Of a stretch of DNA of 64,000 nucleotides, positions 30,131-43,767 are shown one piece after another (the stretch's first letter is position 1; the number at the start of each line of letters is the position of its first letter). Source of the DNA: Epithemia pelagica (Eukaryota; Protista; Bacillariophyta). A program made the translations under genes and the position numbers. Below the pieces are notes generated by a model that ran no database searches, was not told the DNA's origin, and was given only the letters and a program-made list of their open reading frames with translations. The stretch spans positions 3,038,001 to 3,102,000 of the forward strand of contig OX337239.1 in the NCBI GenBank assembly GCA_946965045.2. Reading direction: 5' to 3'.

Positions 30131-31726
30131 CCTCCTCGTGCCTCCCCACTCCGCGGAGCGGATGTAGATATACGACCAGACCATGCGGTGCCACAACATA
30201 AAGAGATTTGATCAATACGGGAGGAGGATTTTCGTTCCAAGAAAGAAATAAGCATACCATCGTCATCGTGCTCTTCTTCTTCTTCTTCTTCTTCTTCTTG
30301 TTGTTGTTGTTGTTTGTTACACCAGACCTCCTGTTGCGAATCGAAAACCAAGGTGCGAATTCTAGCTTGTTGCGATCACAGTTGTCGTTGAGTATGGTGT
30401 TCTTCTTTCGTCCAGTGTTTTATTCATCTTGTTAGAGTCTTCTTCCACGGGAGACATGAGAGCGAGTCACAGCAGAAAACGCTGCCAGAGGGCGCAACAG
30501 GTCAATCTCCGAAACCAAAGACGGCGACGACGGCGGCAGACACATTGTTGTGATGGTATCTTTTTTCGTTCGTTTCAATGGATATTCCCCCAAACTGTGA
30601 TGTGGAGTCCCCCTCCCCCAAAATCTGGAGTCCCTTCCAGATCTAAGTCGCGGAATGAGGACAGGAATGGCTCGCAGGCGCGCCGACCGAGACGAACCCT
30701 GTCACTCTATCTCACAGGCGCGCCGACCGAGACGAGCAGTTCCACTCTTTCCTCTATTCGAAAAAGGAGAGGACAATTGACATTGACAATTGCTCTCGTC
30801 GCCAAGACGACCACTCTACAATAGAACCTACTGCCACACTCCATGGGAAACCATGGAATCGTTCGTTACGAGCAATTTATGAGACTTTGCCAGTGACGAG
30901 GCATGTACGTCTCTTCTTCCTTTTCTTGGTGAAAGACTACGAAGATTGTCGCAAGGAAAAATACCAACCATATAAAGGCGCTTCGAATGAAATGGAACAA
31001 GGGAGAACAACAACGACCATTTCACAAAAGCGGTAGCACCGAGGATGCAGAAGCGTTGACGATGCGTCATTCCTCATCCACAAAACTCCCTCTGCAAGCT
31101 TGTCTGCCTCCCCAAGACCCCACATTGATGCTGGTGGTGTACAATCGTTGTTGGTGAGACTCTCTCGATCAACCAAGTGGTCCCTCCAGTTTGTCTTCTT
31201 CGCAACAAAATCCTAACGCTACATGAGCAACAAAACCCGAGCGATGCACCATGGACCAATGCAAACAGGGTGATATCGAGTACTCTTCTGATTTACCGCA
31301 TTCATCCTCAAAAAGATCAGCAATGATTGGTACATGGGATCTCGTGTTTCGTGTAAACAACATCACCATCCCATGGGTCCCTCTGTAAGAAGAGTAGTTG
31401 TGGTTATTGAAAGCAGAGGCTCGACAAGTAGGATTGGAACGAGATCCTCTAGTCATGAGCGCCCACGAAGAACGAAAAACCTATGGATGCAAAACACAGG
31501 GATAGAGAAAAATAGATCAGAGCCACATATATACCAGTGGTTCTGTGTCGTTACTTTCGGTATCCAAAAACTTCTCGATGTGTGGTCTGCGACTATCACG
31601 ATTTTTTTCTCTATCCATCGATTTCGGCAAGTCAGTCGTGCTTCCAGTCGGCACCCATCAGAATCACAGGAGCAAAGCAAACAGTATCTTGATCATCATA
31701 AATTCCGCAGTAAAACGTTTGGAACC

Positions 31727-32896
31727 ATGCCGACGACATTGAAAGAACAAGCATGGCAATCGGACCTTGTCCTACCGGACGACACAGCAGAATGGAATGA
31801 AAACGACTGGCCTCCTCTTGCGGGTAGAGGTCATGCTTCCGTCGTGCTTGATCATCCCGATAAAGACAATAACAACAACAACAAGAAGAGACAGACGGTC
31901 GTCGTGATGGGAGGAATTCAACAACGCCGAGGCTATGTCAATTCCATTCTTGTATTGAATCTAGCAGAATACAATAAGCAGTGGCGAGAAGGGCCACCAA
32001 TGAACAAGGCACGTTATGGACATGTTGCTGCTGTGTGCAATGGCGGCGTCTACGTCATGGGTGGAGACCAAAGAGTCGGCGAGTCTTTGGATTGTATCGA
32101 ACGAATCGATGTCAGTGAATTGCTGCAATCATGTTCTACATCAAGCATCACACACGAGAGCCATTGGGCGACATTAACTTGTCGATTATCAACAGGGCGA
32201 TGGGGATGTGGTGCTGTTGCAGTTCACAACCGATACATCGTTGTAGTGGGTGGCTACAGCAATCGTTCTTTGTCGTCTGTGGATATTATTGATACCAGGA
32301 ACCACACTGTCATTGCAGGACCATCCATGACAGTTCCTCGATCAATTTGTTCCAGTGCGGTCATTGGACACCGCATCTTTGTCGTTGGAGGCCAAAACGG
32401 TGACGATGAACATGCTTCGGTGGAGTATTTGGACTTTGCAGAGGAGAGAAAAGACGACTCTTTGACGACAGCCATTTCCTTCTCACCCACCTGGATCACT
32501 CATTCGGAGTTGGTGCTTTCCAATGCACGAATTTCTTTTGCAATGGTAGCCGTGGGATCTTGTCTGGTGGTGGTGGGAGGATCTCGCAATTCAACCGTCG
32601 AAGTCATGGATACGCACCGCAAGCACGTTTGGAATCTCCCACCATTCCTCAATCACCGCAGTGACTGCAGTATGGTGACTGTTACCAACCAAGTTGCCGT
32701 GATTGGTGGATCTAGCAATCCTGCCTGTGCGACATTACCACTAGTGGACAAGAATTCGTGGTGTTTTCGACAACTCTGTAAGCAGCCTCGGATCGAATGG
32801 TATCATTGTCAAGAACGATCGGGTAACGGAGATGTCAATGTAACATCCCGCACCATCCCGACATCCACTCTTAAACGATTGAGGACCAAGACATGA
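31727..32896 (+). CDS. Kelch-repeat protein K3, 389 aa
   Basis: Same leader and six GG motifs; intact. Confidence 0.9.
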   Translation: MPTTLKEQAWQSDLVLPDDTAEWNENDWPPLAGRGHASVVLDHPDKDNNNNNKKRQTVVVMGGIQQRRGYVNSILVLNLAEYNKQWREGPPMNKARYGHVAAVCNGGVYVMGGDQRVGESLDCIERIDVSELLQSCSTSSITHESHWATLTCRLSTGRWGCGAVAVHNRYIVVVGGYSNRSLSSVDIIDTRNHTVIAGPSMTVPRSICSSAVIGHRIFVVGGQNGDDEHASVEYLDFAEERKDDSLTTAISFSPTWITHSELVLSNARISFAMVAVGSCLVVVGGSRNSTVEVMDTHRKHVWNLPPFLNHRSDCSMVTVTNQVAVIGGSSNPACATLPLVDKNSWCFRQLCKQPRIEWYHCQERSGNGDVNVTSRTIPTSTLKRLRTKT

Positions 32897-34988
32897 TAGA
32901 GGATGGTACTTGAGAAATGTGCAACAAGTTGCACGGCCATAAGCCCGGCAACTATATCATGGCCATAATACTCTCGAACAAAACAGGAGATCGTATCCAT
33001 CCTAAGTTACGTTGTGAGTTATATAAGTTAATGAAGTGAATCATATATCTAAGAGCAATTTCTTGTGTGTTTTGAACGCATTCACCTGTCACAGTCACTC
33101 TTGGGTGGATGGCCATGGTATCATTCCTCTCTGTGCTGTTGAATATCCTCTGGTCTTGATCAGAATGAATCATCTCTCAATGGAAGATGAAGTTCTTTCA
33201 TAGTCTCCTTGGATTCTTTGAACATGGAAAGAACGACCCGACTTGTGTCTCTACCAGAGATGGCACATAAGGAACAAGTGACGTCTCGACCATGACCTAA
33301 AAGTTGTGGGACGCAGTCGGTGGGGCCATGGATTGGTAACAACGGCTGGATCCGACAGCCAACACAGTTTGTCTATGTTTTGCTTTCCGTTGCGAGCGCA
33401 ACAGTGCAAACTCTACTTCCCCTGTTGTAGGCAAAACATGTTTATCGTGAGTCGTCGTCGATTCCTCTTTCTTGGTGTCAATGTCTCGTTGTGGAGCAAC
33501 CAATCCGTCGACGCGGTACAAATATTGGTGGTGTGCTACAATTCCCAAGACTGTGCTTCTGGTGAACCTTGTTCCAACAAGGCACCTGTTTTGGAAGTCG
33601 TCATTTGATCCACCCATGGTGATGGTGATGCATCCATCGACCTGTTGTGCAAGCGACGATTGTTCTTCTTGGTGTTTGGCTGCTATTGGTGGATCAGGAG
33701 TTGTGATTTTTCACTTCTTGTCGTGATCCTTGTTGAAAGAGACGGGCGATTGTTCTAGTTGTGTTGTTTGGATGGTCAATGCGAATCTTGTTGTCACTGT
33801 TGTCCACTTCTGATTGTTCTTTGTAGAAATCGAGCATGGGTGGTTGCTACTTCTGTACTTTTGTTTTGTTATTGGGTGTGGAAGTGGGGAAACCGACAAG
33901 TTTTACACCACCGCTCCACCGCGGTAATATTTGTACCTCGAACTAAGCAGCAGAATGAGCAAGCGACAAAAAGGACAAGAGAGGCCCCTACAATGCCTGG
34001 TCACGAGCAGGACAGGAATGATGATTGATTGTTCATTGTCAAGTCTGGTTCCTCTTAGTTGTCGTGAAAGCTTCATCTAGTTTCACTCTTTTTGGCTGGA
34101 GGTCGTTTTGACATAACAAAACTCTTGTACGTTCTCGACGCCACAGGTGGATCCAAGCAACGACTCATCCGGTCCACTTTTTGCTCGTTGAACTCTTGTG
34201 GTTTTCAATCGAGACGACAACGTCACCTTGACAAATGTAGCACTGGTCCTTACACCCACCTTGGCGGACGGAGGCCATTGACCGCGTCTGCCACAATCAA
34301 TGGACCACATGCGCGAGCAATACTGACAACCGGCCAAGACGGCACGAGACGGTTTTGCCTCTCCAACAATGATGATTGATATAATGACATTGGGGACCAA
34401 CCTTTGCGGTCCAACCACATCCACGTGACATTCTGGAAAGCGGTCCAAAGAAGACGAATGCAGGCGTCTGCTGCGAGTTAATGCAACACCTCATGAGCGC
34501 CATGATGGGATGCTGAATGACATGTTTCTTCTGGCCCATCATGTCGTCAGATTCTTGCTTTTGTGTGATTGTCCTTGTGGCCTTGGTTCCTTGACTTTAA
34601 CCCGATGAGTGATGCCCATTCGAATCATTGATCAAGAAGTCAAGAAGACCACTCTCTCTTTTGTTGTTGTTGTTGTCGTTGTCGTTGTGAACTTGACCAA
34701 GGAAAGAATGGTGTTGCTCCATAAATGGCGTGGGACGAGATGACTTGGAAATTATGGATTGTCGATCTGATGAATAGGACCTCTTCTTCACAAATGACGC
34801 TCTCTCTCTCCCTCGTCGTCGTATCTTTTACAGTAAAAGATACGTCATGTAATCTATGTGCGACGGACTGCCATTCATCGTACGCAGGACAGGCACACAT
34901 TTCCTGTAATCTATGTGCGATTGACTGCCCGTGGAAGCTCTCGCTGCGAAAGCTTTCCCATTCCACGCGTTGCTCAATTGCCGTGACC

Positions 34989-36065
34989 ATGACAACGACA
35001 CTGCAAAAGCAAGCATGGCAGTCGGGCTTTGTCCTGTTAGACGAGACACCTGAATGGAATTTCGAGGACTGGCCTTCTCTTGAGGGTGGATGGCGTGAAG
35101 CACATGCTACGGTCGTACTTCATCATACCGATAACAACAAGGAGCAAACCGTCGTCGTGTTGGGTGGACATCGAACAGGTCATGGCAAGGTCAATTCCAT
35201 TCTTGTATTAAACTTGGCAGAGTCCAACAAGCAGTGGCGAGAAGGGCCACCAATGAACAAGAGTCGTGAAGGACATGCCAGTGTTGTGTGCAATGGTGGT
35301 GTCTACGTGATGGGAGGAGACAATGGAGCACCTTTGGATTGTATCGAACGAATTGATGCCAATTATTTGCTGCGATCTTCTTCGACATCAAGTAGCACAC
35401 GTGCGAGCCATTGGACGACATTTAATTGTCGCTTATCAACGCCACGATGGGGATGTGGTGCTGTCGCGGTGCACAACCGATACATCGCTGTGATGGGTGG
35501 CTACAACGATCGATTTTTGCCGTCGGTGGATATTATTGATACAAACAACCACATAGTCACTGCGGGACCATCCATGACTGTTCCACGAGCATGGTGTGCC
35601 AGTGCGGTCATTGGACACCGCATCTTTGTCGTTGGAGGTTGGAACGAGCATGGTCGTGTTGACAAGGTGGGGCATTTGTACTATGCAACACCCTGTGACA
35701 GTGATGTGACAAAAAAGGAGATAGGCTCGACATTCATCTCTTTCTCATCCACCTGGACCACTCATTCGGAGTTGAGGCTCTCCAATGCACGAAGTTCTTG
35801 TGCAGTGGTTGCCGTGGGATCTTGTTTGGTTGTGACGGGAGGATGGGGCAATTCAACCGTGGAAGTCTTGGATATTCACCGCAACCGCGTATGGAATCTC
35901 CCACCATTTGGAAATCACCGTGTTGGCTGCAATATGGTGACTGTTACAAATCACGTGGCCGTGATTGGTGGATGGGAGAATCCCTCCTGTACAACATTAC
36001 CACTCCTGGATAGAAATTCGTGGTGTTTTCGTCGACTTTGTGAGCAGCAGCCCAATGGATGGTAG
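34989..36065 (+). CDS. Kelch-repeat protein K4, 358 aa, C-terminal tail lost
   Basis: Six GG motifs. TAG stands where K5 and K6 read TAT (GW*HSL versus GWYHSL). Confidence 0.85.
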   Translation: MTTTLQKQAWQSGFVLLDETPEWNFEDWPSLEGGWREAHATVVLHHTDNNKEQTVVVLGGHRTGHGKVNSILVLNLAESNKQWREGPPMNKSREGHASVVCNGGVYVMGGDNGAPLDCIERIDANYLLRSSSTSSSTRASHWTTFNCRLSTPRWGCGAVAVHNRYIAVMGGYNDRFLPSVDIIDTNNHIVTAGPSMTVPRAWCASAVIGHRIFVVGGWNEHGRVDKVGHLYYATPCDSDVTKKEIGSTFISFSSTWTTHSELRLSNARSSCAVVAVGSCLVVTGGWGNSTVEVLDIHRNRVWNLPPFGNHRVGCNMVTVTNHVAVIGGWENPSCTTLPLLDRNSWCFRRLCEQQPNGW

Positions 36066-36599
36066 CATTCTCTTGAAGGCACGGGTATCCGAGACGCTGA
36101 TATCTCACGCTTCTTCAACTTGTAAATGAGCAAGGCCAAATTCATGCCAAAATGATAGAGGGAATGATGAAACCTAGCCGTTTATTTCTCGAGTGGTTGA
36201 CTTGTTTTCTACATTCGATTGCAATCCTACCACCTCGTATTAAGTGTTTACTCAAAAGTAGAAAGAACATGTTGCAAGAAAGAAGGTGCTCGTTTGTTGT
36301 CAAGGAACGACCCGATTTGTGTACCTCTATAAGTGGTACTACGCTCCGGCCATTACCTGTTACCTGTCAGTTGTGGGACGGTGCCACCACCGTGACAGTG
36401 CAGTTGTGAGACCAGAATCGGGCACTTTGTGGTGGCATCATGGCACTCTGCATAACACAGCGTCGTCCGTGGAATGGGAGCTACTGCAGGGAGGCCACCA
36501 ACCGATGAGAGGAGCAGGAACACAAGCACGCCAAGGCGAAACCTTGTTGGACCGGACGTTGTCCGTTTCTAATGGTTCTTCCTTGAAAGATGACAGACA

Positions 36600-37200
36600 A
36601 TGGGTCGAGTTTGGATGGAAGTAAGGATAGAGGACCGTGTCATATCCAATTCCGACCTGATGGCCGAGAACAGGTTGTCCCTTTCGGAGGAGTCTCCCCG
36701 CTCACCGCGCTCCAATCGCAATGCCTTCTTCTAGCTGCTGTTGTATGTGAATCGCAATACGTTGCTGCACTTGTCATGTGATGTCAAGCCGGAATGGCCC
36801 AATGACGACGACGAGTCCAAGAGGAACCCACTAAATCGGACCGAAGATCGTGCCAATTGTCGCAATGGACCAGAACGAAAACAAGGAATCGAGTCTCGAC
36901 GTTGCGACGAGACAGACAGGACACCTCCCCCCACCACTACTTTCTGTCGCAGCATTGCTCGTTCAATTGCTCATGCCTGGAAACAAGCCGCTCACCATCG
37001 CGATGTCTTGCCCCTCAATGCCAATTCCACCGAAACCTTGTTGCACGATTACGACAACACTGTCGAACAGCAGTGTTGGACCTCGACCACTACATCCTTT
37101 TTGCCTCGTACCGAACTCAGCAGCAGCAGCACCAACAACACAACCACGACAACGAACGCCGCCGATCATGTCTTGGCCATTATGGAAGCCTTGTCACCCA
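36600..37200 (+). pseudogene. Ankyrin-repeat-like remnant, part of the repeated spacer unit
   Basis: VNRNTLLHLSCDVKP; paralogous to 45480-46450. Confidence 0.4.
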
Positions 37201-38532
37201 CACCGTATGAATGGTTGGTCGTGTTGGAACACGAGTCGCCCGAGGCGGTTGTGGTCGAATGGTTTTGCTCGTCGGTGTCGAAATGGCGAAATTCGTGTGT
37301 CTGCTTCTTGTTTGTCGTGGAATCGCCCGACCGTCTGGCTCGCTTATCACACTGATCGGGTGGAGTGTGGGTAGTTTCGACCTCTGGTGCAATCACCACA
37401 AGGCTGTTCCTGGTGTGCACCAGACAGCAACACGCTATGTATCAACCATTCATGTGTGTGGCTTCTGTGGTCATCCCAGCCAATCCTGTTAGTATCAAAA
37501 GTATAGTTCATTGTAAACTAATACATTGTCACCCGTGTTGTGGATTTGATGGTTCTTGTTGTCGTCCTTTTGTTTGGACCATGGGTCAATTTGGGGATGG
37601 AAACAAAAGCAGAAGAGTGTCAGGAATGTTTGATGCCTTTCCACTTTTCTCATCCTCCTCTTTGAAGAACGGCCATTGTTTCCGTTGAAAATTGTAGTGG
37701 GTCGCTGGATTCTCGTTTATTGTAGTCTTCAGGGAGGAGCGACGGCTCCAGGCAGCGGACACCTCGTCCATGGCCGTTTGTTGTGTTTGGTAGGAATGAC
37801 TCCCCATCGAGAGCTATCGTATCTTTGCTGGGCTTTCAATTCTCTTGCAGAGATTCGAAAGTGCGGGACTCCCCATCGAAAGCTATCGTATCTTTGCTGG
37901 GATTTGCATTCTGATTTCTTGCAGAGATTTGGACTTGATCGCGCAAGATTTTAGAGAAGCTCTGCTACCCGTGCTACCTTGTAGCTATGTGGTGTGATTT
38001 TTGTAGTAGGGTAAAAGTAACGCTATAATCTATGGCACATTAAGTATGACAAAACCTTTGGTTGTTGCCGGTCTAAAAGTTTGTACCATCCATGAGAGCT
38101 GGTGACATGGCATACTTTGTACCCACCTTTGAATGTGGTTGTTTGTATTCGGACTTGGTTTGTAACAAGCAAAAGCTATGTTGTGCCATCCTTCAGGATG
38201 CAACATGCACCTCTTGTTTTGGAACCTGGCTCCTCGTTGCCATAGCGACAGCCATGATATTGAATGCATACCAAATGGTCAGTCATGATTGGAAGGTTTG
38301 CGTCGTTTCCTTTGCCTAGGCGAAGGATCCTGGTGGGAGGTAATATCATCTTCGTTGCACCGACGCTCTCGTCTATTTGAGAGAGCGTGTTCCTGATGGA
38401 TTTTTAAACAAAAGATCACCTCTTTTGCGACCTCTGCCATGTTACCAACCAACTGTTTGTATCTGGAATCTGTTGCGTTCAAGTCCGCATAGCAACAACA
38501 ACCAGGCAACCGCTTAGGTCCAGTTCAAGAAG

Positions 38533-40625
38533 TCACACATGAATTTTTCCTACCGGTGTTGTCGGGAAACACTTACCATAGACATTTTCGCCACCAATGG
38601 TACACCTATGTATGGACGGTAGTTTAGTTGGAAACAAACCAATGAAATCATTGATCCATTCGCTCGCATCCCGAGTACAAATTGCCGGTGTTGACGCACT
38701 CGCTGTAGAGCGACAGGGCGGAAGAACCCATTGGCATCCTGGGAAGGCGTCCACTACCACTGGACTGAGAATCGAATGTGGGCAAGCCATTTCATTCCGA
38801 GCTAATGCACAGAGAAGTTCAGCAATCGGCCATTTCTTTTGAACATAATGTGTAGTCGTCACGCACACAACCACTCCTGCTGTTAATACATGCGTCAACA
38901 TGGTCACTTCCGGATCTGGCTGTTTTCCGGGCTTCATGGTTTTCTCTGCCACAAAAATATTGAGTGTGTTACCACCACCAGCCGCGTTTTGCAACTGATC
39001 CTCCAACCTGGTTACATAGTCAAACTCACGTTCTTTCCGAACTTCCCCAGCAAAAGAAATGAAAATGTCGTGTTCCGGTTTCTGGTTTTCAGAAGGTAGC
39101 TTGTCAAGCATCATCTTTGCCACCTCAATTCCAAATCTCAAAATTTCTTGAAGCTTCTCTTTCTGGTGATCAGACAAGTTTGTCAGCGCCGCTGCCCCAG
39201 ACATCTCAAGTCGTATCCCATTGATTCTTCCAACTACGTCAGACACCTTCAATAGATGTGTGCCAAGCTCATCAAAGTTCCATGACTGCATCGAATCTAA
39301 CTGGGTAATTTGAGTAAGCCCGAGGAGAATGGCCAACTCGAGAGACATATCCAAACACTCAACGTGATTACTGATCCCGGCAATAACCCGACCAAGTAGG
39401 TTGGCATTCTCTCCCAATAACGAATCACTCTTGGTCTTGGTAATGAGTCGAGGACCGGCTGTTAACAACGGAACGTCGAGTCGATGAATAAAGCAAGAAG
39501 GAGCCTTGGCTTGATTCATTCCGACATGAATGGTATGCCATGGACGACGATGAATGGAAAGAAACAAGCTCCGAAATGCTTCGTCGTCGATGGCCAGGTT
39601 GGAGATCCAGAACCAGGACCATGTGGTGTTACGTAACAATGCGATTTGCAGTAACTCCGCTCCCATTTCGCCAATCTCAGTATGGGATACATTCATGCAA
39701 CGCCAATCACGATTGCTCTTCATACCCTTAACCAGCGCCTTGATCCCAGTGTCATCAAGAGCCGTATGAGATAGATCAAAAATTTGCCATTGATGACTGT
39801 TTCGAAACAGGTCCGCAATGGCATTGGCTCCCTCATCCCCAATGTCCAGATGACTCAACGACAAACAAACCCAATGGACATTGCCTTGTGGTCTAGATGC
39901 CAGAGCGGCTGATGAAATAGAAGCACTGTTGCTGTCAATGATCTCTGACGTTGCACCATCACCTTGGATGGACTGGATCAGTCCAAGGGCTGCTGGAAAG
40001 GTCAACCGTGGCGTGTGGTGGAATGAAATGGTTCGAGTGCCCCGTTCGAAGGCAACATGCGTAAATCCATGGATTGCCAGCATTGTCCCAAATACTCTGC
40101 CATTTCCAGGGCATCGGTTGCTTTGACGTGATTGGTAAGGAATAAATTCGTAATGGTTTCTACCTTCACTCCAATTTCGTGTGGATGGTCCTGAAGCAGA
40201 AATGTTAGGTGCTCCATGGGGTTGGTGTAGCCATTCGTGATCTGAAACCAAAGTACCAGAGACCTCCAATTCTTCTCCAATCGTTGGAGAATGGCTGGAC
40301 CAAACTTGAGCCACGACCCAATTTCGTACAATCCTACATCTAATACAAACCGTTCCCAGCTTGGTGACGTTTTTAGTAGATTGGCCAACATTTCCACACC
40401 TTGGTCTGGAGTGCCATAAGGGAGACTCAAAATAAAATATTTCCAAGACGTCTGCCCACGGAGACCCTTGGCCACTATGTCGACATGTTTTGTCTTGTCC
40501 AAATCCAGATCAAACACTCGCCAGACTGTATTGCCATGCAGTGAGTGGGCAACGGATCCCAGTCCTCCATCAAAATCAAAATGAGATGGGCATTTATACG
40601 CACCCTGGTGTCCAATTGTTTTCAT
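38533..40625 (-). pseudogene. LRR (ribonuclease-inhibitor-like)–helical–TIR protein, 3' half; one frameshift near 40000-40070
   Basis: LRRs LSLSHLDIGDEGANAIADL, FDLSHTALDDTGIKAL and MNVSHTEIGEMGAELL. TIR motifs HDIFISFAGE (~39061), IFVAEKTMKPG and VVCVTTTHYVQKKWPIAEL (Glu at 38818-20). Confidence 0.75.
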
Positions 40626-43107
40626 AGGACTTAGTTAATGGCTATTCAAAAGTAGAAAGAATATGTTGCAAGATTGGAGGTGCTTGTTTATTGTCAAAGG
40701 CGTGGAAGTAACGACCGAATTTTTGTTTTTCTACAAGTGGTATAATGCCACCACCGTTGTTGTGCGACCGTAAGATAAGAATCTAGGGCTTTGTGGTGGC
40801 ATCATGGCACTTGTTACAATCTAGGGCTTTGTGGTGGCATCATGGCACTTGTTACAGGACACAGTCATTCTCCATGGATCGGTAGCTATATGGCAAAAAG
40901 ACCGAAATCCGACTATGGTGCATTCCAGGAAGGGAGAGTTTCGCATCGATCTCGTAGACAAGGGCAATCCGGTTTGTCCTCGCCTTTTTGTGTTCATTAC
41001 AATTGAATAGTGCAGAGTAGTTTTCCTGGTCGTGACAGGCCAGTTCCATACCTGTTTCGTGACATGGTGGTTGCGGTGATTGTCACGGGTGTTCCTTCCT
41101 GTCATTTCTTGGCATGGGATGCTGTTACCATCCAGTCTCCGCAGTAATTGGTTTACGGTATTGGTGGACTTCATGTCTGGATTGAGCAAAGAAGCATGTG
41201 TATTCCTTGTTGATAATGTTCTTGCTGTTCTGCTTCTGATTCGGTGCGTCTTTCTCAGGTTGCGACTCTCCAGGTGTGAACAACGACTCTTGGGGGGAAC
41301 AAGGATGGAACCAGTGGTTATTGCATTAGACAGAGAAGGAATCCCCATCGTGCTGTTGGTCGTCGTGGTCATCATTTGGTCCACCGATTGCTGTTACATC
41401 GATCGAAACTATTCATTCGGTACTATTGGAACTTGTGAGAAAGAGGACAAAACGGGATGCCAGTTGTGCATGCGACGATCGTTGCTGCTGCCGTAGTTTT
41501 TTGGGTGGTGCTGTTGGGAGATCAGGAATCCTGTTTCTTTTCTTGTCGCGCTTCTCGATAAAAGAGCAGGGCGGTTGTTGTTGTTGTTGTTTGTGTGGGC
41601 TAAGGTGGTTCAGTTTATGGTGTTGTTGTTGAGTATAGTCCTCGTTATTATCGTAGTGCAATCGAGTGACTGCAGGGTCCTTGTTGCTTTCCGCCACGAA
41701 CCATGAGTTTCGACATCTGATCGCGCTCCTTGTTTCGTCTTGGTTCATAGTCGTGTTCGATAAATCCGACAACAGGACAAACGGGCGGATCCGATGATGA
41801 GAGAAGCAGGAAGAGAATAAGCACGTCAATGCGCAACTTGTTGTCCGCTTCTCTTATGGTTCTTGCTAGAAATTGACATAAGGTCGACTTGTGCATGGAA
41901 GTACAGAGGATTGTGTCATGTTGGGTTGCTGCTTCTATACGTTCCTCCTCTTCCTCTTTCGAATTGAGCGTGGAAGTAGGGAAACCGAGTCTTGTACGAG
42001 TGGAGCACGGATCATCACCTCTGGACTATCGTTTGGTTGTTGTGACAAGACATCTTCCGGGTCCTGTTGTGATGATTGATAATGGTGCTACAGCAACTGG
42101 TCGATGCTGGTGGAGGATTTCTTGTTGTCGTCATCTCAAGAACCACGAGAAGGGAATCTTGTTGTGGAGCCGTCACATGTAACACGGACGGGGAACAGCC
42201 ACACATTGGTGTCGAGACAACGCCTCCAATTTACATTCGTCGGATCCCCAACGTTGGCATCCGATCCATGCCTTTTTGACAAACAAGGCTTTCATCAAAA
42301 GACTCGAGCTCCATTCACAGAAGAACAGGAGACGTCCCAGAGCTCAAATTCGGTTCACTTGCTAGTCGACGAAGACAAAAGGACGATGCACGCCTTCAGA
42401 GGAACCTGCCAGAAGGGCCAAAAAAGTTCCTGCAATTTGACTACCAATTTTGTTCATAAGGCCCCAGAAAAAATGAGAAATCGACCCGTGCGTCATGACG
42501 ACGCTCGTCTGATGATGAATGGTTGATGCGTCATCGACCTTGTTGTCCCTGTTGTGTCCGTGTTGTAGTGGTAATGAGCGATTTTGATGGATGTAATCAC
42601 GACATTTCTTTTGATGAATGGTGGCGGCTTCCTCTGGCAAAGAACGGGTCATTGTTGCCATTGATCGTTGAGAAGTGGTTGCACGGTGGTCATCTTGAGT
42701 CTCGTACGCGGCTCGAAAATGGCAACAGCAGGAATGACCACCATGGTGTCAAAAGCAGACAAGACACTCCCCGTCGAGAGCATGCGGGGTCGCTCGCTGG
42801 AAAAAGCTGTTGGACAAAAGCTATACCCAGGGTGCATGTTGTTTGTCAACCAATGGAACCAAAGGTCTTGCCGATGACCGTTCTTCTCTTCACGCTCGCT
42901 CCTGACATATACTCTTGTTCGTGCACTTATTGCGTCTGCTGTGAGCTAATGCAACAAGGGAACGAGCCACAATGGGATGAATGACATGTTCCTTCTGGTC
43001 CATATTCATGTTGTTGTGTAGTTGTGCTTGTGGCCTTGGTTCCTTCACTATATACCCGATGGCTGATGCCCATTCAAATCATTGAATCAAGAGAAGAGCA
43101 CGCTCTC

Positions 43108-43404
<297 letters not shown>

Positions 43405-43767
43405 CGTTGTGAACACTCTGTAGGACCAAGGGCAGAATGGTGTTCCGAGATGACTCAAAAATTAGGGATTGTTGATCTGTGGATGTTGGATGTTGGATTA
43501 CCAATCTGTGAACCTCTTCGTCATACGATGACCTCTTCATCACAGATTGTCGCTCTCTCTTCCTCGTCGTCGTATCTTAATACAGCAAAAGATACTTTTG
43601 GGGGCGTGTCATGTAATCTATGTGCGATTGACTGCCCTCAACCATCGTACGCAGGACAGGCATAGCCGCACACCCGAAAAAAAATATGAGGCTCGCTGCG
43701 AAAGCTTCCACGCGTTGCTCAATTACGAAGCTGCCATTTCTAGTCGATATTGCAAAGCGCCGTGACC

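Noticed and set aside
29843-30170. Helitron call for the segment around the hairpin
   Set aside because: It starts with TC and has a 3' palindrome, but it ends GTAG rather than CTRR and the flanks are not A/T. Not supportable.
27223-34988. Long N-terminal extensions on the K2, K3 and K4 ORFs (and K7)
   Set aside because: They are not conserved between paralogues; all copies align from the MxTTxxEQAWQS ATG.
38279-38590. Possible intron joining the TIR ORF to the downstream ORF 38279-38509
   Set aside because: A GTAAGT donor is present, but I found no acceptor that restores the frame.
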